A DNA stretch of 64,000 bases from Cyanidioschyzon merolae (lineage: Eukaryota): NCBI GenBank assembly GCA_000091205.1, contig AP006500.2; one strand, 5' to 3'. The notes below the pieces were generated by a model that did no database searches, was not told where the DNA came from, and worked only from the letters and a program-made list of their open reading frames with translations. Position 1 is the first letter of the stretch; each line of letters starts with the position of its first letter. Position numbers and translations under genes: made by a program. Below, piece by piece: positions 8,630 through 17,380 of the stretch.

Positions 8630-10906
8630 ATGGTTGAGTACAAGCCTATATCTTTCTGGACAAATCAGAGACACCATCGACAGCGACCTGCGATGGCATC
8701 CCTGTGGACGCGCGCGGCGGCGCCTCTGTCGCGCACCCAGCACACCCGCGTCCGACGGACAGCTCGCGGATGCGCTTCTGGTGCCGAACACCAGAGGCCG
8801 GTGTTCATGGCAACCACCGCAGAGGCAGCGGCGGCCTTGGCTTCAGATATAACACCCGAGGACTTTGCAGGCTATGAGTGTTTGCTGTGCCAACGCCGGG
8901 GTGCTCTCGTGGTCTGCAGCAACGCAGAGCGGTACACTTGTCGTGCTTGCGTCTGCAGGGCCTGCTTCCGACGCTGGGGCTGGTCGTGGGAGCGCTACAC
9001 AAGCGCCTCGGTTGACGTACCCTTTCTCTGTCCGAGATGTTTGGTGAGCGAGCCCATTCTAAGCTTCGAGACTGGAATGCTAGAGGAGGAGGAGGAGGAG
9101 GCGTCGCCACGCGCGTCAGAAGTTAGCGACACACCAACGTTGAGGGAGAAACTAAGCATGGTACAAGCGTTCTACGCGTGCAGCCGCAGCCCTCTTTTCC
9201 GCAGCGAGGACACGTACCGGAACGGTCGACGCCGTCCTGGGACCAAGTTCGGCACCACAGCATCCGAAACGCTCTCTGGCGTGAAGCGCTCGCCGAATCG
9301 AGTCTGCGTCTGGCGGCGGCTCGACGCTGCACCCGTCGCACGCTACACATCGGATGGGCGCGAGTTCTTCTGTAGACTCGGGGATGGGACGCATAGTCAT
9401 CATCCGCTTTTATGGTGCAGTGCATGTCCGGCAGCGTATCATGCGCCGAGTTGTCTCAGCGCCGCCGCTGCTGCTGCTGCTGCTGCTACATCAGTTACAA
9501 CGACAAGTCTGACATCGGATGAGCAGGAGCAGCAGAACGTTGCGACGACACCACGCACTGGTGTCGACGCAGACCGGCAAACATTCTGGCTCTGTCCGTT
9601 TTGCCGTCGCCAGCGTCTACCATGGTGGCAGAACAGCTCAGAATCAGCACCCGGTACCGTGCTGCAGAAACGACATCGACACCAGCGGGTGCAGCAGCGA
9701 CTGCGACAACCAGCGGCGCTGCTGGAGGCACTCGCGCGCTATTGTCGCAGAACCTGGCCGCCGCGTGTCTTCAGCGGACCCCGGTTCGTAGTGCTCTCTC
9801 TCTTTGACGGTTTGGCATCTGCGCGTCACGCGCTGGCCTTGCTGCAGATACCACCGACGCTCATCCGGTACTACGCTTCCGAGATCGATCGAGACGCACT
9901 GGCTGTGGCACAGTCGCAGTACCCGGACGTGCTTCAGCTGGGGCCAGTCGAGCACCTGGCCGCCTTTGACGACATTCCCGAGCAGATCGATCTGCTGATC
10001 GGCGGCTCACCGTGTACTTCCTTGAGCGGCCTCGGGAAGCGCAAAGGACTGTATCACGGCACATCGGCACTGTTTTTCGAGTTCCTGCGCATCAAACGCG
10101 TCATGAAACCGCGTTTTTACCTGTTCGAAAATGTAGCGTCCATGCGTTGTGCCGACAAGCGTCGCATTCACCAGCTGCTGAACGCGAGCAGACTCAACGA
10201 AGCAAGCACAAGTGCCGACCAACGAAAAAACAGTGTCCTGGTCGAGTTGGATGCAGCCCGTGTGACCGCGAGCCTGCGTCGACGCCTCTATGTGGCGAAC
10301 TTCCCGTTGCCCGCGACGGATGCCGCGCTCCCCGATTGGAACCTGCGTCTCCAAGACGTTCTAGATCGCGACGGTAGTATTGCCGAGTCGGCCAAGGCGT
10401 TCTGTATCACGACGAATAACATGCAGGGTCGTCCAGGAGATTCCCGTTTCAATGTGATTGCAATGCCGGAGCAGGGCGTGCGACGCGGAGTGCGCATCCA
10501 CGAAGCCGAAAAATGTCTCGGCTTTCCGGCAGGCTACACAGCGGTGTTGGCAAAGCGATCCGAGGGAGCAATGCCCCGACGCTGGCGACTCTTGGGGAAT
10601 GCGTTTGCACCACCGTTGATTGCGCTGCTTTTGAGGCCGCTGCTAGAGCACAGCGTGATCGGCGCGTATCTGGAGCGAGCTGCGGTGCTCCCGCACCTCG
10701 AAGCGGCCTGTCGGGAGCAACTCCGGGGTGATCGCCCGGAGGCGAACACGCTTGTGCTCGTGAAGGTTATGCTCCAGAGGCCATCGCATGCCCAGCTCAC
10801 TGGAGACGATGAGGGCACGGTGTCTTGCGAGTCGCGTATGCGCTCCGTGGCGGGCGCTCAGCGCACCAACAGCGATACCTGTCTTGTTCGGGGGAGCACG
10901 AGATAG
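8630..10906 (+). CDS. DNMT3-like DNA (cytosine-5)-methyltransferase with N-terminal Cys-rich PHD/ADD-type fingers.
   Basis: Motif I is RFVVLSLFDGLASARHAL (DNMT3A has VLSLFDGIATG). Motif IV is LLIGGSPCTSLSGLGKRKGLYHGTSALFFEF. Motif VI is FYLFENVASM. The C-terminus is EAEKCLGFPAGYTAV...RWRLLGNAFAPPLIALLL. Upstream fingers are YECLLCQRRG...CRACVCRAC...FLCPRC and FWLCPFCRRQ. It is a single intronless ORF. Confidence 0.8.
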   Translation: MVEYKPISFWTNQRHHRQRPAMASLWTRAAAPLSRTQHTRVRRTARGCASGAEHQRPVFMATTAEAAAALASDITPEDFAGYECLLCQRRGALVVCSNAERYTCRACVCRACFRRWGWSWERYTSASVDVPFLCPRCLVSEPILSFETGMLEEEEEEASPRASEVSDTPTLREKLSMVQAFYACSRSPLFRSEDTYRNGRRRPGTKFGTTASETLSGVKRSPNRVCVWRRLDAAPVARYTSDGREFFCRLGDGTHSHHPLLWCSACPAAYHAPSCLSAAAAAAAAATSVTTTSLTSDEQEQQNVATTPRTGVDADRQTFWLCPFCRRQRLPWWQNSSESAPGTVLQKRHRHQRVQQRLRQPAALLEALARYCRRTWPPRVFSGPRFVVLSLFDGLASARHALALLQIPPTLIRYYASEIDRDALAVAQSQYPDVLQLGPVEHLAAFDDIPEQIDLLIGGSPCTSLSGLGKRKGLYHGTSALFFEFLRIKRVMKPRFYLFENVASMRCADKRRIHQLLNASRLNEASTSADQRKNSVLVELDAARVTASLRRRLYVANFPLPATDAALPDWNLRLQDVLDRDGSIAESAKAFCITTNNMQGRPGDSRFNVIAMPEQGVRRGVRIHEAEKCLGFPAGYTAVLAKRSEGAMPRRWRLLGNAFAPPLIALLLRPLLEHSVIGAYLERAAVLPHLEAACREQLRGDRPEANTLVLVKVMLQRPSHAQLTGDDEGTVSCESRMRSVAGAQRTNSDTCLVRGSTR

Positions 10907-12219
10907 CGCATTCGCTGCGCTGCGCTGCGCTGCGCTGCGGTATCGAAGGACGCATTCAGTAGCATGCCATTCGACAGCGGAGTCGTTTCGCCGCTCGTCG
11001 CATCTGTGTAGAGGACGCTCTTGCGCCTCAGAGTGCACTTGGCCAGAGCGCTGGATCCAGCCAGCCTCAAATCGACGACGAAAGAGGCGAACGCACCTGT
11101 AGGCTGCTACGACTGCTGTGGGTTGCGCTGACCGCTGTTGCTGCTTCCGATTGCGTGCAGAAACAAAAAACGCGCAGTGCAGAACGGCTTGGTGTCACGG
11201 GACGCACAGGACGTAGGCTCTGGACGCAAATCATCTGCGACTGGTGTCCGGACGCCTCGTGGAGCAACTCCGCTCCACGTCCTGTGCCTGGGTAGATTGC
11301 AGCATGCGATTCCAGCGGGAGCGCTGCTCGCTAGTCAGTGCACCGGGAAAAACATCGCACGAGCACCCAGGTACGGGTCCAGGCCTGGAGCAAGCGACTC
11401 GAACATGCCGTCTGCGCTCTGCTATAGAGGCGTGCAGCGTGCTTCGGGGCGATTGCATCTGGGTCTCGAATACGACCTCGTGCGTTTCGTATCTGTTCGC
11501 TGGCGCGTTCACTCGTGCGTATCGCGTCATCGTTGGCGTTCGTGTATACACATCCGGTGGACGCGTCGATCAAGCGCTGCGAAACGCTTCCCGACGCCTT
11601 GACGAGCATACCGCTCCGAGCTGAACACAGTCTCTCGGACGATGCTAGGCGAGCCAGTAATTCGCGGTGTCAACCAGATAATATCCGAGCTGGGTGCAAG
11701 CGTCATGACGCTGCGACACCAGCAGAACGTGAATGCAGGTCTCGGGAAGTGTCGTACCAGGAAGCTGCACCTCGGATGCACGGCAGCATCCGATCTCTGC
11801 GGTTCCATATCACTTCAGCGCCTCCACGCGAGCGCTCTTCCCTGTCTGTAGACGATATGCATGAGGCTCACGCGACGCGACACCACGCCATGGTTGATCC
11901 CGCGCAGTGCCGTGCGACAAGCAGCAGCAGCAGCAGCAGCAGCAGCATGAACAAGCGCAGCAGTGTCGCGTTCGGAGGTAGCTGATGCGACGCCCCCGCT
12001 TGCCCGCCTCCCCTCGGCACCGCACTATCATCCAAGAAACCGTCCCGCAAGAGATGCGGCAACAACTCGGGTGCTGCACCGAGCGCTGGACGTTGCACTC
12101 TGTGTACAGCATGCGTTCACAATGTGTATAAAACACATCAAGCTCGGCTTTGGAGCTGCTGGTGAGCGCCATACCCGCGCTCCGTACGAGCCGGTGCTCG
12201 TGAAGACGCCCCGCCCCAG

Positions 12220-15200
12220 TTAACCTTTCTCGAGTAAACTCAATGTCAAGAGCACGATAAAAAGCAAGACCGCTGTGCGGTAAGTTGCCCCCAGACCAGG
12301 CCACTGTGCGAGCACGATCTGCACCAACAAGGACAACCAGAAGAGCGGCTCCGTCCAAACAGGCCAGGGTTTGGGCACCGGCTGTCGCTTCAGGAAACCG
12401 TTCTCGCCTATGACGAGCCGGGGAGAGATTCGTAAGCGTCGTAGTCGGCCCGAGGCCTCGTTGCCGTGTTGACGGGAACGTGCTACGGTCCGACTAGCGG
12501 AGGTGCGGCTCTGAAAGGCCGCCAAAACATACGCAGAGATGATACTCGAGGTCGCGTCAATCTCAATCCACTGAAAACAACGCGGATATGGCACGTCGTT
12601 CCAGCCATGGGCGAAGCTATAAACCGTCGTAACGAGCACAAGAACGTTACTCACGACTGCGGTCCATTCGATGAGTCCGTGGTCGGCCCAGGTGAGCTGC
12701 TCAGGTGGCCAGTTGCCTCCGAGGAGGCAGCTCAGCACGAAAAAGTGCCAAGTGATGTGCAAGATCCACAGCCCAATGGGCATGGACGGTTGATGCTCCA
12801 CAAGAGCAGATTCCACGACCAAGGATGCTGCGGACTGCTGCAATGCTCTCGCTCGTACCATGGCGAGATGTTGGTGCAGAATATGCCTACCGAGGCGCGG
12901 CAATAAGATAGCGTAGAGCGCCAGAAAGCCGGTATCCAGCGAGAAGAACATCTGGCTGAAGCGCTGAAGCAAACGACGACGCGAGCTACGACGCCAACGA
13001 GTTCCCAGTGAGGCACTCCGTAGACGTTGCAGAATCGCTACCCATCGTATCCCAGAGGCATCATGCTGGAGCCGAAACTGACTCAGAATTCGGATGAAAC
13101 ATTTTGCGGGATACCAGAGCGACGCCAGTGCCGAGGTATAGCGGCAGTGCAGTGCGCGTCGAAGCCATGAGCGCGGAGCTGCAGTTCGGGGCCTCCAGAG
13201 CCGCCCTGCTGAGCACGCAAGACGAAGACAACTGAGAAGCTTCCAAGTCGATCGTCGAGGCGCTCGCACAGCGGCTGACATGATCAACGCTCGCTCCGTA
13301 ACATTGCACGCTGGTGCTGGTGATATCGCTCCCGCTGGGACGAACTCGGAGGATCCAGACAGAATCTCGTGGACTGGACACGGTGCTCCATGTGCCCGAG
13401 TCTGCGCTCGTGTGCGGCTCACGCTGTGTAGGCCAGGAGACGAAGATGCATCCGCCGCTGATAATGACGACGATGACGATGACGATAAGGATATTGATGT
13501 TGATGGCGGAGCATTTGTGGCGGGAATACGCCTCCAGTGAGCATCCGCTGCGATAGGCTCCTGTGAGGCGTTGCAACTGCCGCTGCAAGCAGAGGTTCCC
13601 GGAGTCGTCACGGAGCGATGCGGGGAGCTCGAGGCAGCTGGCCTCGTGCGGTACGCTCCTGCCTCACTCGTGCTGCCTTTTGCCTCCTCCGCTTCGACAG
13701 CATCCATAGTAGGCACCGAGGCGGTAGCCGTGCCTGCAGCAGTTTCGTTCGCTGATGCAGTCTCGCTCTGGATAGCATCGGATGCAGATACCGTAGCAGG
13801 TATCGTATACCGAGTATCGCTTCTAGCATTGTGGTTCGTTGTTGCACTCTCGTGCTTAGCACTGGGTAGCTGGGTAGTCGCATTGGTGCACTGAGTGGAG
13901 ACTGTCTCCCCTGATTGTCCGTTTTCGCTACGAACGAGACGTTGCGAGACTGTCGGCTGCACCGCACTGGTAGCGCCTTGAAGCATCAACGGGACCTGCG
14001 GCGAGTTCTCTGGGGCTACGCTGTGCGCTGAGCTGCGCTCGACACCAGGTGACGATAAGACAGCAGCAGCAGCAGCAGCAGCGCTACGATGGACTGCTGG
14101 CTGCCTTAACCCCGCGGGCGACGCATTTGCAGGTGCAACACTCGGTTTTGGCAGACATGTCTGGTCCCAGAAAGGTCTCGTTGAGACAGGGCAGCGTGAT
14201 ACTCGCTCCGCGTCACTGATACGATCGCTTGACGCTGAGACCGGCGTCAGTATCGTCTGTCTAGAGACTTGTGTCGTAGCAATAGGTTTGACGAGTGACT
14301 CCCGCGAGCTTCTCTGAGTAAACGTACCCAAGGAGACGTTCTGGAGGGACGACCATGGACCCGGTGTGCAGGCGCTGAAGCGTTCTCTTTCATCCACCGG
14401 TATGCAAGGCGTGTCTGTGACAATGCTAAGCGGAAGTTGGAGGCTTGGTGTATTTTGCTCTGCGGCGGCATGGGAGCTGCGTATTCTTGGCGACAAAGCA
14501 GCAAGACTCGCGCTGTTTGATGCTTGCGAGTGATCCTTGCCCAAAGCAGGGATCCTGTCCACACCCTGACCGTGCATCATTGGCGGCAGCAGTGTTGCCA
14601 CATCCGCAAGATGCAATCGGTCCCGGGACTCGCTTTCACCAGTGCGAAAGAGCGCCCCTCGTACGTCGCTGTCGTCAGTTGAAGGCAACTCTGGGACTTT
14701 CCGTCGTCGCCATCCCCAGTCCTCTACCTGCATCGTCGCTGCATCGTTGCCGTGGCTCCAGTGACACTTGAAGGGCGCCGAGGCCGCCAAGGGAGTGCTC
14801 ATCAGAGATGCCCCAAGGCAGTCAACCGGAGCAGACGTGCTCGGCGACGGAGATGGATTGTCCAGAGTCTGCATTTGCTCCTCCTGTTGCTGCCGTTGAT
14901 GTTGTTGTTGTTGCTTCCAAATCGGGGAGAGACGCTGTTGAAGCGTCGGCAACAGGCTCGAAAATTCCAATTCCGAGCGATTCTCCGGATAATTTGTGAG
15001 CCACCACACGAGATATTTGTAAGCATCCTCCTCATCTGCCGGATGGAAAAATCGACAACGACTTTCACCACGGTAGCAGTTCGGCCAGAAGCGACACAGA
15101 CCGCGAGCTTTCTTCTTTGCCAATCCAGCCTGTGCTTTCTCGGATATCGATGTCGAGCTCGCTGCGGACGTCGTAGGCACGAAAGGGGTTCCGGTTTCCG

Positions 15201-16287
15201 ACGGCAGCGAACTGTTCGTGTGCCGCAAAGCTTGGTCTGCAGGTCGCGGCTCACGGCTCAAGCCTGCTCTGCGAGTTCCACTCGGTCGGCTGGAGAAGGG
15301 TCCAGCACGATGCCTAGACGACGACTCAGGTCCGTGATTTCCTTCACCAGGTTCAGTGCGTTCCTGACGCAAGTGACGCTGTGTGCTTGAAGGCAAGCTG
15401 GGTATGTCCCGCCCGAACGCATATCGCGGAGATGGCGACACTGCTCGATCGTAATGCCAACCCCGATCAAGCAGGCTCTCACTTACGCGCTCCATATCCT
15501 CGGTATGAGACGTCAAGTTGGGACTGTGCTGCCTGTTGGTAACGCTGGCTGGCGGCAGGACCACGTCCTCCGGTTCCAGCAAGTCTCGAATCATCGCGAC
15601 CATCAGGGAACTGCAACCGAGACTGATTTCGATATCCTCAGGTTCCTGGTCATGATCAGGATTATCTCTCAGTGATGCTTGTGCCGCAGATGCAACTGCC
15701 GGTGCTTGGAAGGTTGTCTTCGCGGACCCGGATTGCAAGCATGTCTCATGCCTGACGCTCGGCGGTAAGTTCGGGAAACGAGCGGGGAGGTCGCTTACAC
15801 TGGCCCCTCGATGCTCGGATGTGTGCAACGATACATACTCAGTGGCTTCAAAGGTCCCAAGTCCAGTCTTCGTCGCCGGACGGCCAACCCAGGCGGGGGA
15901 AGGCTGTTGCCGCGTCCCTTGGAGGCTCACTGGCGAAACCGGTGCACTTGCAGGAATGCGCTGATCGAACTGAGGTTCAGAACTCCAGTGAGGAGTTTCC
16001 CACGAAAATCTGCCAGACGCAGCTTCGGCCAGCAATGGGGGGCTGCTCGCGTCCCCGGGCGACAAGCCGCCACTGATGTGCCGCGCCTGTTCAACGTCCG
16101 CCCGCTCCGCACGCTGCGAACTCTGCTTGGTGCGTGAACCCTTAGAGCCCAAAGAAGGGAGGGCGAAACTTCCCGTCCGTGTACCCTCTCCGGGTGATGT
16201 CGCCATATCAGTCTTCAGGCGGGATGAAGCTTTGCTGCGCAAACCAGAGAAGCCATGTCCCTGTGCAGCATCGAGCGCCAACACCAT
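12220..16287 (-). CDS. Large low-complexity protein of 1355 aa. It has a CCCH (C3H1) zinc finger and a C-terminal multi-pass hydrophobic domain.
   Basis: The ORF is far too long to be chance. The C3H1 finger is CRFWPNCYRGESRCRFFHP. The C-terminal ~350 aa carries TM-like segments such as LFWLSLLVQIVLAQW, AVLLFIVLLTLSLL and IGLWILHITWHFFVLSCLLGG. It holds (GCA)n and (GTT)n microsatellites. Overlapping minor ORFs are treated as alternate frames. Confidence 0.55.
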   Translation of the reverse strand: MVLALDAAQGHGFSGLRSKASSRLKTDMATSPGEGTRTGSFALPSLGSKGSRTKQSSQRAERADVEQARHISGGLSPGDASSPPLLAEAASGRFSWETPHWSSEPQFDQRIPASAPVSPVSLQGTRQQPSPAWVGRPATKTGLGTFEATEYVSLHTSEHRGASVSDLPARFPNLPPSVRHETCLQSGSAKTTFQAPAVASAAQASLRDNPDHDQEPEDIEISLGCSSLMVAMIRDLLEPEDVVLPPASVTNRQHSPNLTSHTEDMERVSESLLDRGWHYDRAVSPSPRYAFGRDIPSLPSSTQRHLRQERTEPGEGNHGPESSSRHRAGPFSSRPSGTRRAGLSREPRPADQALRHTNSSLPSETGTPFVPTTSAASSTSISEKAQAGLAKKKARGLCRFWPNCYRGESRCRFFHPADEEDAYKYLVWWLTNYPENRSELEFSSLLPTLQQRLSPIWKQQQQHQRQQQEEQMQTLDNPSPSPSTSAPVDCLGASLMSTPLAASAPFKCHWSHGNDAATMQVEDWGWRRRKVPELPSTDDSDVRGALFRTGESESRDRLHLADVATLLPPMMHGQGVDRIPALGKDHSQASNSASLAALSPRIRSSHAAAEQNTPSLQLPLSIVTDTPCIPVDERERFSACTPGPWSSLQNVSLGTFTQRSSRESLVKPIATTQVSRQTILTPVSASSDRISDAERVSRCPVSTRPFWDQTCLPKPSVAPANASPAGLRQPAVHRSAAAAAAAVLSSPGVERSSAHSVAPENSPQVPLMLQGATSAVQPTVSQRLVRSENGQSGETVSTQCTNATTQLPSAKHESATTNHNARSDTRYTIPATVSASDAIQSETASANETAAGTATASVPTMDAVEAEEAKGSTSEAGAYRTRPAASSSPHRSVTTPGTSACSGSCNASQEPIAADAHWRRIPATNAPPSTSISLSSSSSSSLSAADASSSPGLHSVSRTRAQTRAHGAPCPVHEILSGSSEFVPAGAISPAPACNVTERALIMSAAVRAPRRSTWKLLSCLRLACSAGRLWRPRTAAPRSWLRRALHCRYTSALASLWYPAKCFIRILSQFRLQHDASGIRWVAILQRLRSASLGTRWRRSSRRRLLQRFSQMFFSLDTGFLALYAILLPRLGRHILHQHLAMVRARALQQSAASLVVESALVEHQPSMPIGLWILHITWHFFVLSCLLGGNWPPEQLTWADHGLIEWTAVVSNVLVLVTTVYSFAHGWNDVPYPRCFQWIEIDATSSIISAYVLAAFQSRTSASRTVARSRQHGNEASGRLRRLRISPRLVIGENGFLKRQPVPKPWPVWTEPLFWLSLLVQIVLAQWPGLGATYRTAVLLFIVLLTLSLLEKG

Positions 16288-16344
16288 CGAAATGCGTCGA
16301 GCGCACGCCGCCGGCGATGCGGATGCTGGCCCTGGCGGGAACTG

Positions 16345-16450
16345 GAGAACGTGAATCTTATGAAACTATATTATATAAAAATATAAAGAATTGGATTCAT
16401 AGGGATTATCATGATATAAATGAGAAATAAATGACATACACGTTTGAATA
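16345..16450. promoter_or_regulatory. AT-rich island of ~110 bp, about 25-30% GC, directly upstream of the start of the minus-strand CCCH-finger gene. A candidate core promoter.
   Basis: The sequence gtgaatcttatgaaactatattatataaaaatataaagaattggattcatagggattatcatgatataaatgagaaataaatgacatac stands out in an otherwise ~60% GC context. It sits 60-160 bp 5' of the ATG at 16287. Confidence 0.3.
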
Positions 16451-16774
16451 TAAAATGGTATAAGTATGCACTATACGGACTGTGATCGATGGAGTCCTGG
16501 GCGCACGCCTCAGTCGCTTCCTGGTGAATCGCGGGCCCGTCGGGTTCCGTACGCGTTGCCGCCTCGGTCGGTATGCCTGGCGTATTCCGTGCTGCTCTCC
16601 CAAGAGCAAGGTGCGTCTACCGACAAGCAAGCAGATCGAGTTCAACGCTGCACAACAGCCGCGGAGAGTAAGCGCCAGAACATGCACGAGGTCACCAACC
16701 GGTTGACCACGTCCCTATGAGGTCGCGTACGAGCGCATTTTCGGTTTGCCAGCACGTTTACACGGACCGGTAAA

Positions 16775-17200
16775 CATTGATGGTGCGCTTTATATCGTCG
16801 ATCCGGAATGCATCCATCATTCCACGCCCTATTTTCCATCTCTATCACGCATACTTCCCCTCAAAGATATCGGTGATGTCTCGGGTTCCACCACGAGCCG
16901 AGCTCGCCGTCAGCCTTGAACATGTCGCCTCTAACGCCGGTGCCGACGATACCCGGAGAAAGAACAGCCCTGCCATATCGCGCAGCGCATCCGCTCAGCG
17001 ACGCACGTTCGATGTACTGGCCACAACGGGCGATGCCCCGCGACGCTAGGGCGTGAAACGCGGTACGACTGCTCAGGCAAGTTCTCCGTGGGAGCGTAGG
17101 CGTCCTGGAATTTGAAAATGAGGTGTGGAATGACGGACGCATTCCCGATCAAAGATACGTAGCGCACGTTCAGGAATCACCAGTCATTGGAAACGCTTTG
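16775..17200. repeat. MITE-like structure with ~70-95 bp inverted arms (16775-16870 and 17095-17200) around a ~230 bp spacer.
   Basis: The left arm ...gtgcgctttatatcgtcgatccggaatgcatccatcattccacgccctattttcca is ~80% identical to the reverse complement of the right arm ...gtgcgctacgtatctttgatcgggaatgcgtccgtcattccacacctcattttcaa. ORF-track peptides on opposite strands mirror each other: WNDGCIPDRRYKAH versus WNDGRIPDQRYVAH. Confidence 0.45.
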
Positions 17201-17380
17201 TCAAAACAGGAGTTTGCGGTCGCTGTCGCTCTGGAAGCGCTCCTGTACGGTGAGCTTTCGATAACGCCGCCAGCGCAACAAAGTGCACGATCGATGCCTG
17301 CGCCTCGGGTGCCGTTCTTTCAGGAACACCAGAATCTGAGTCCGAACGACCCGTATCCCAAGAAAAAAAAACCTGCCTGG

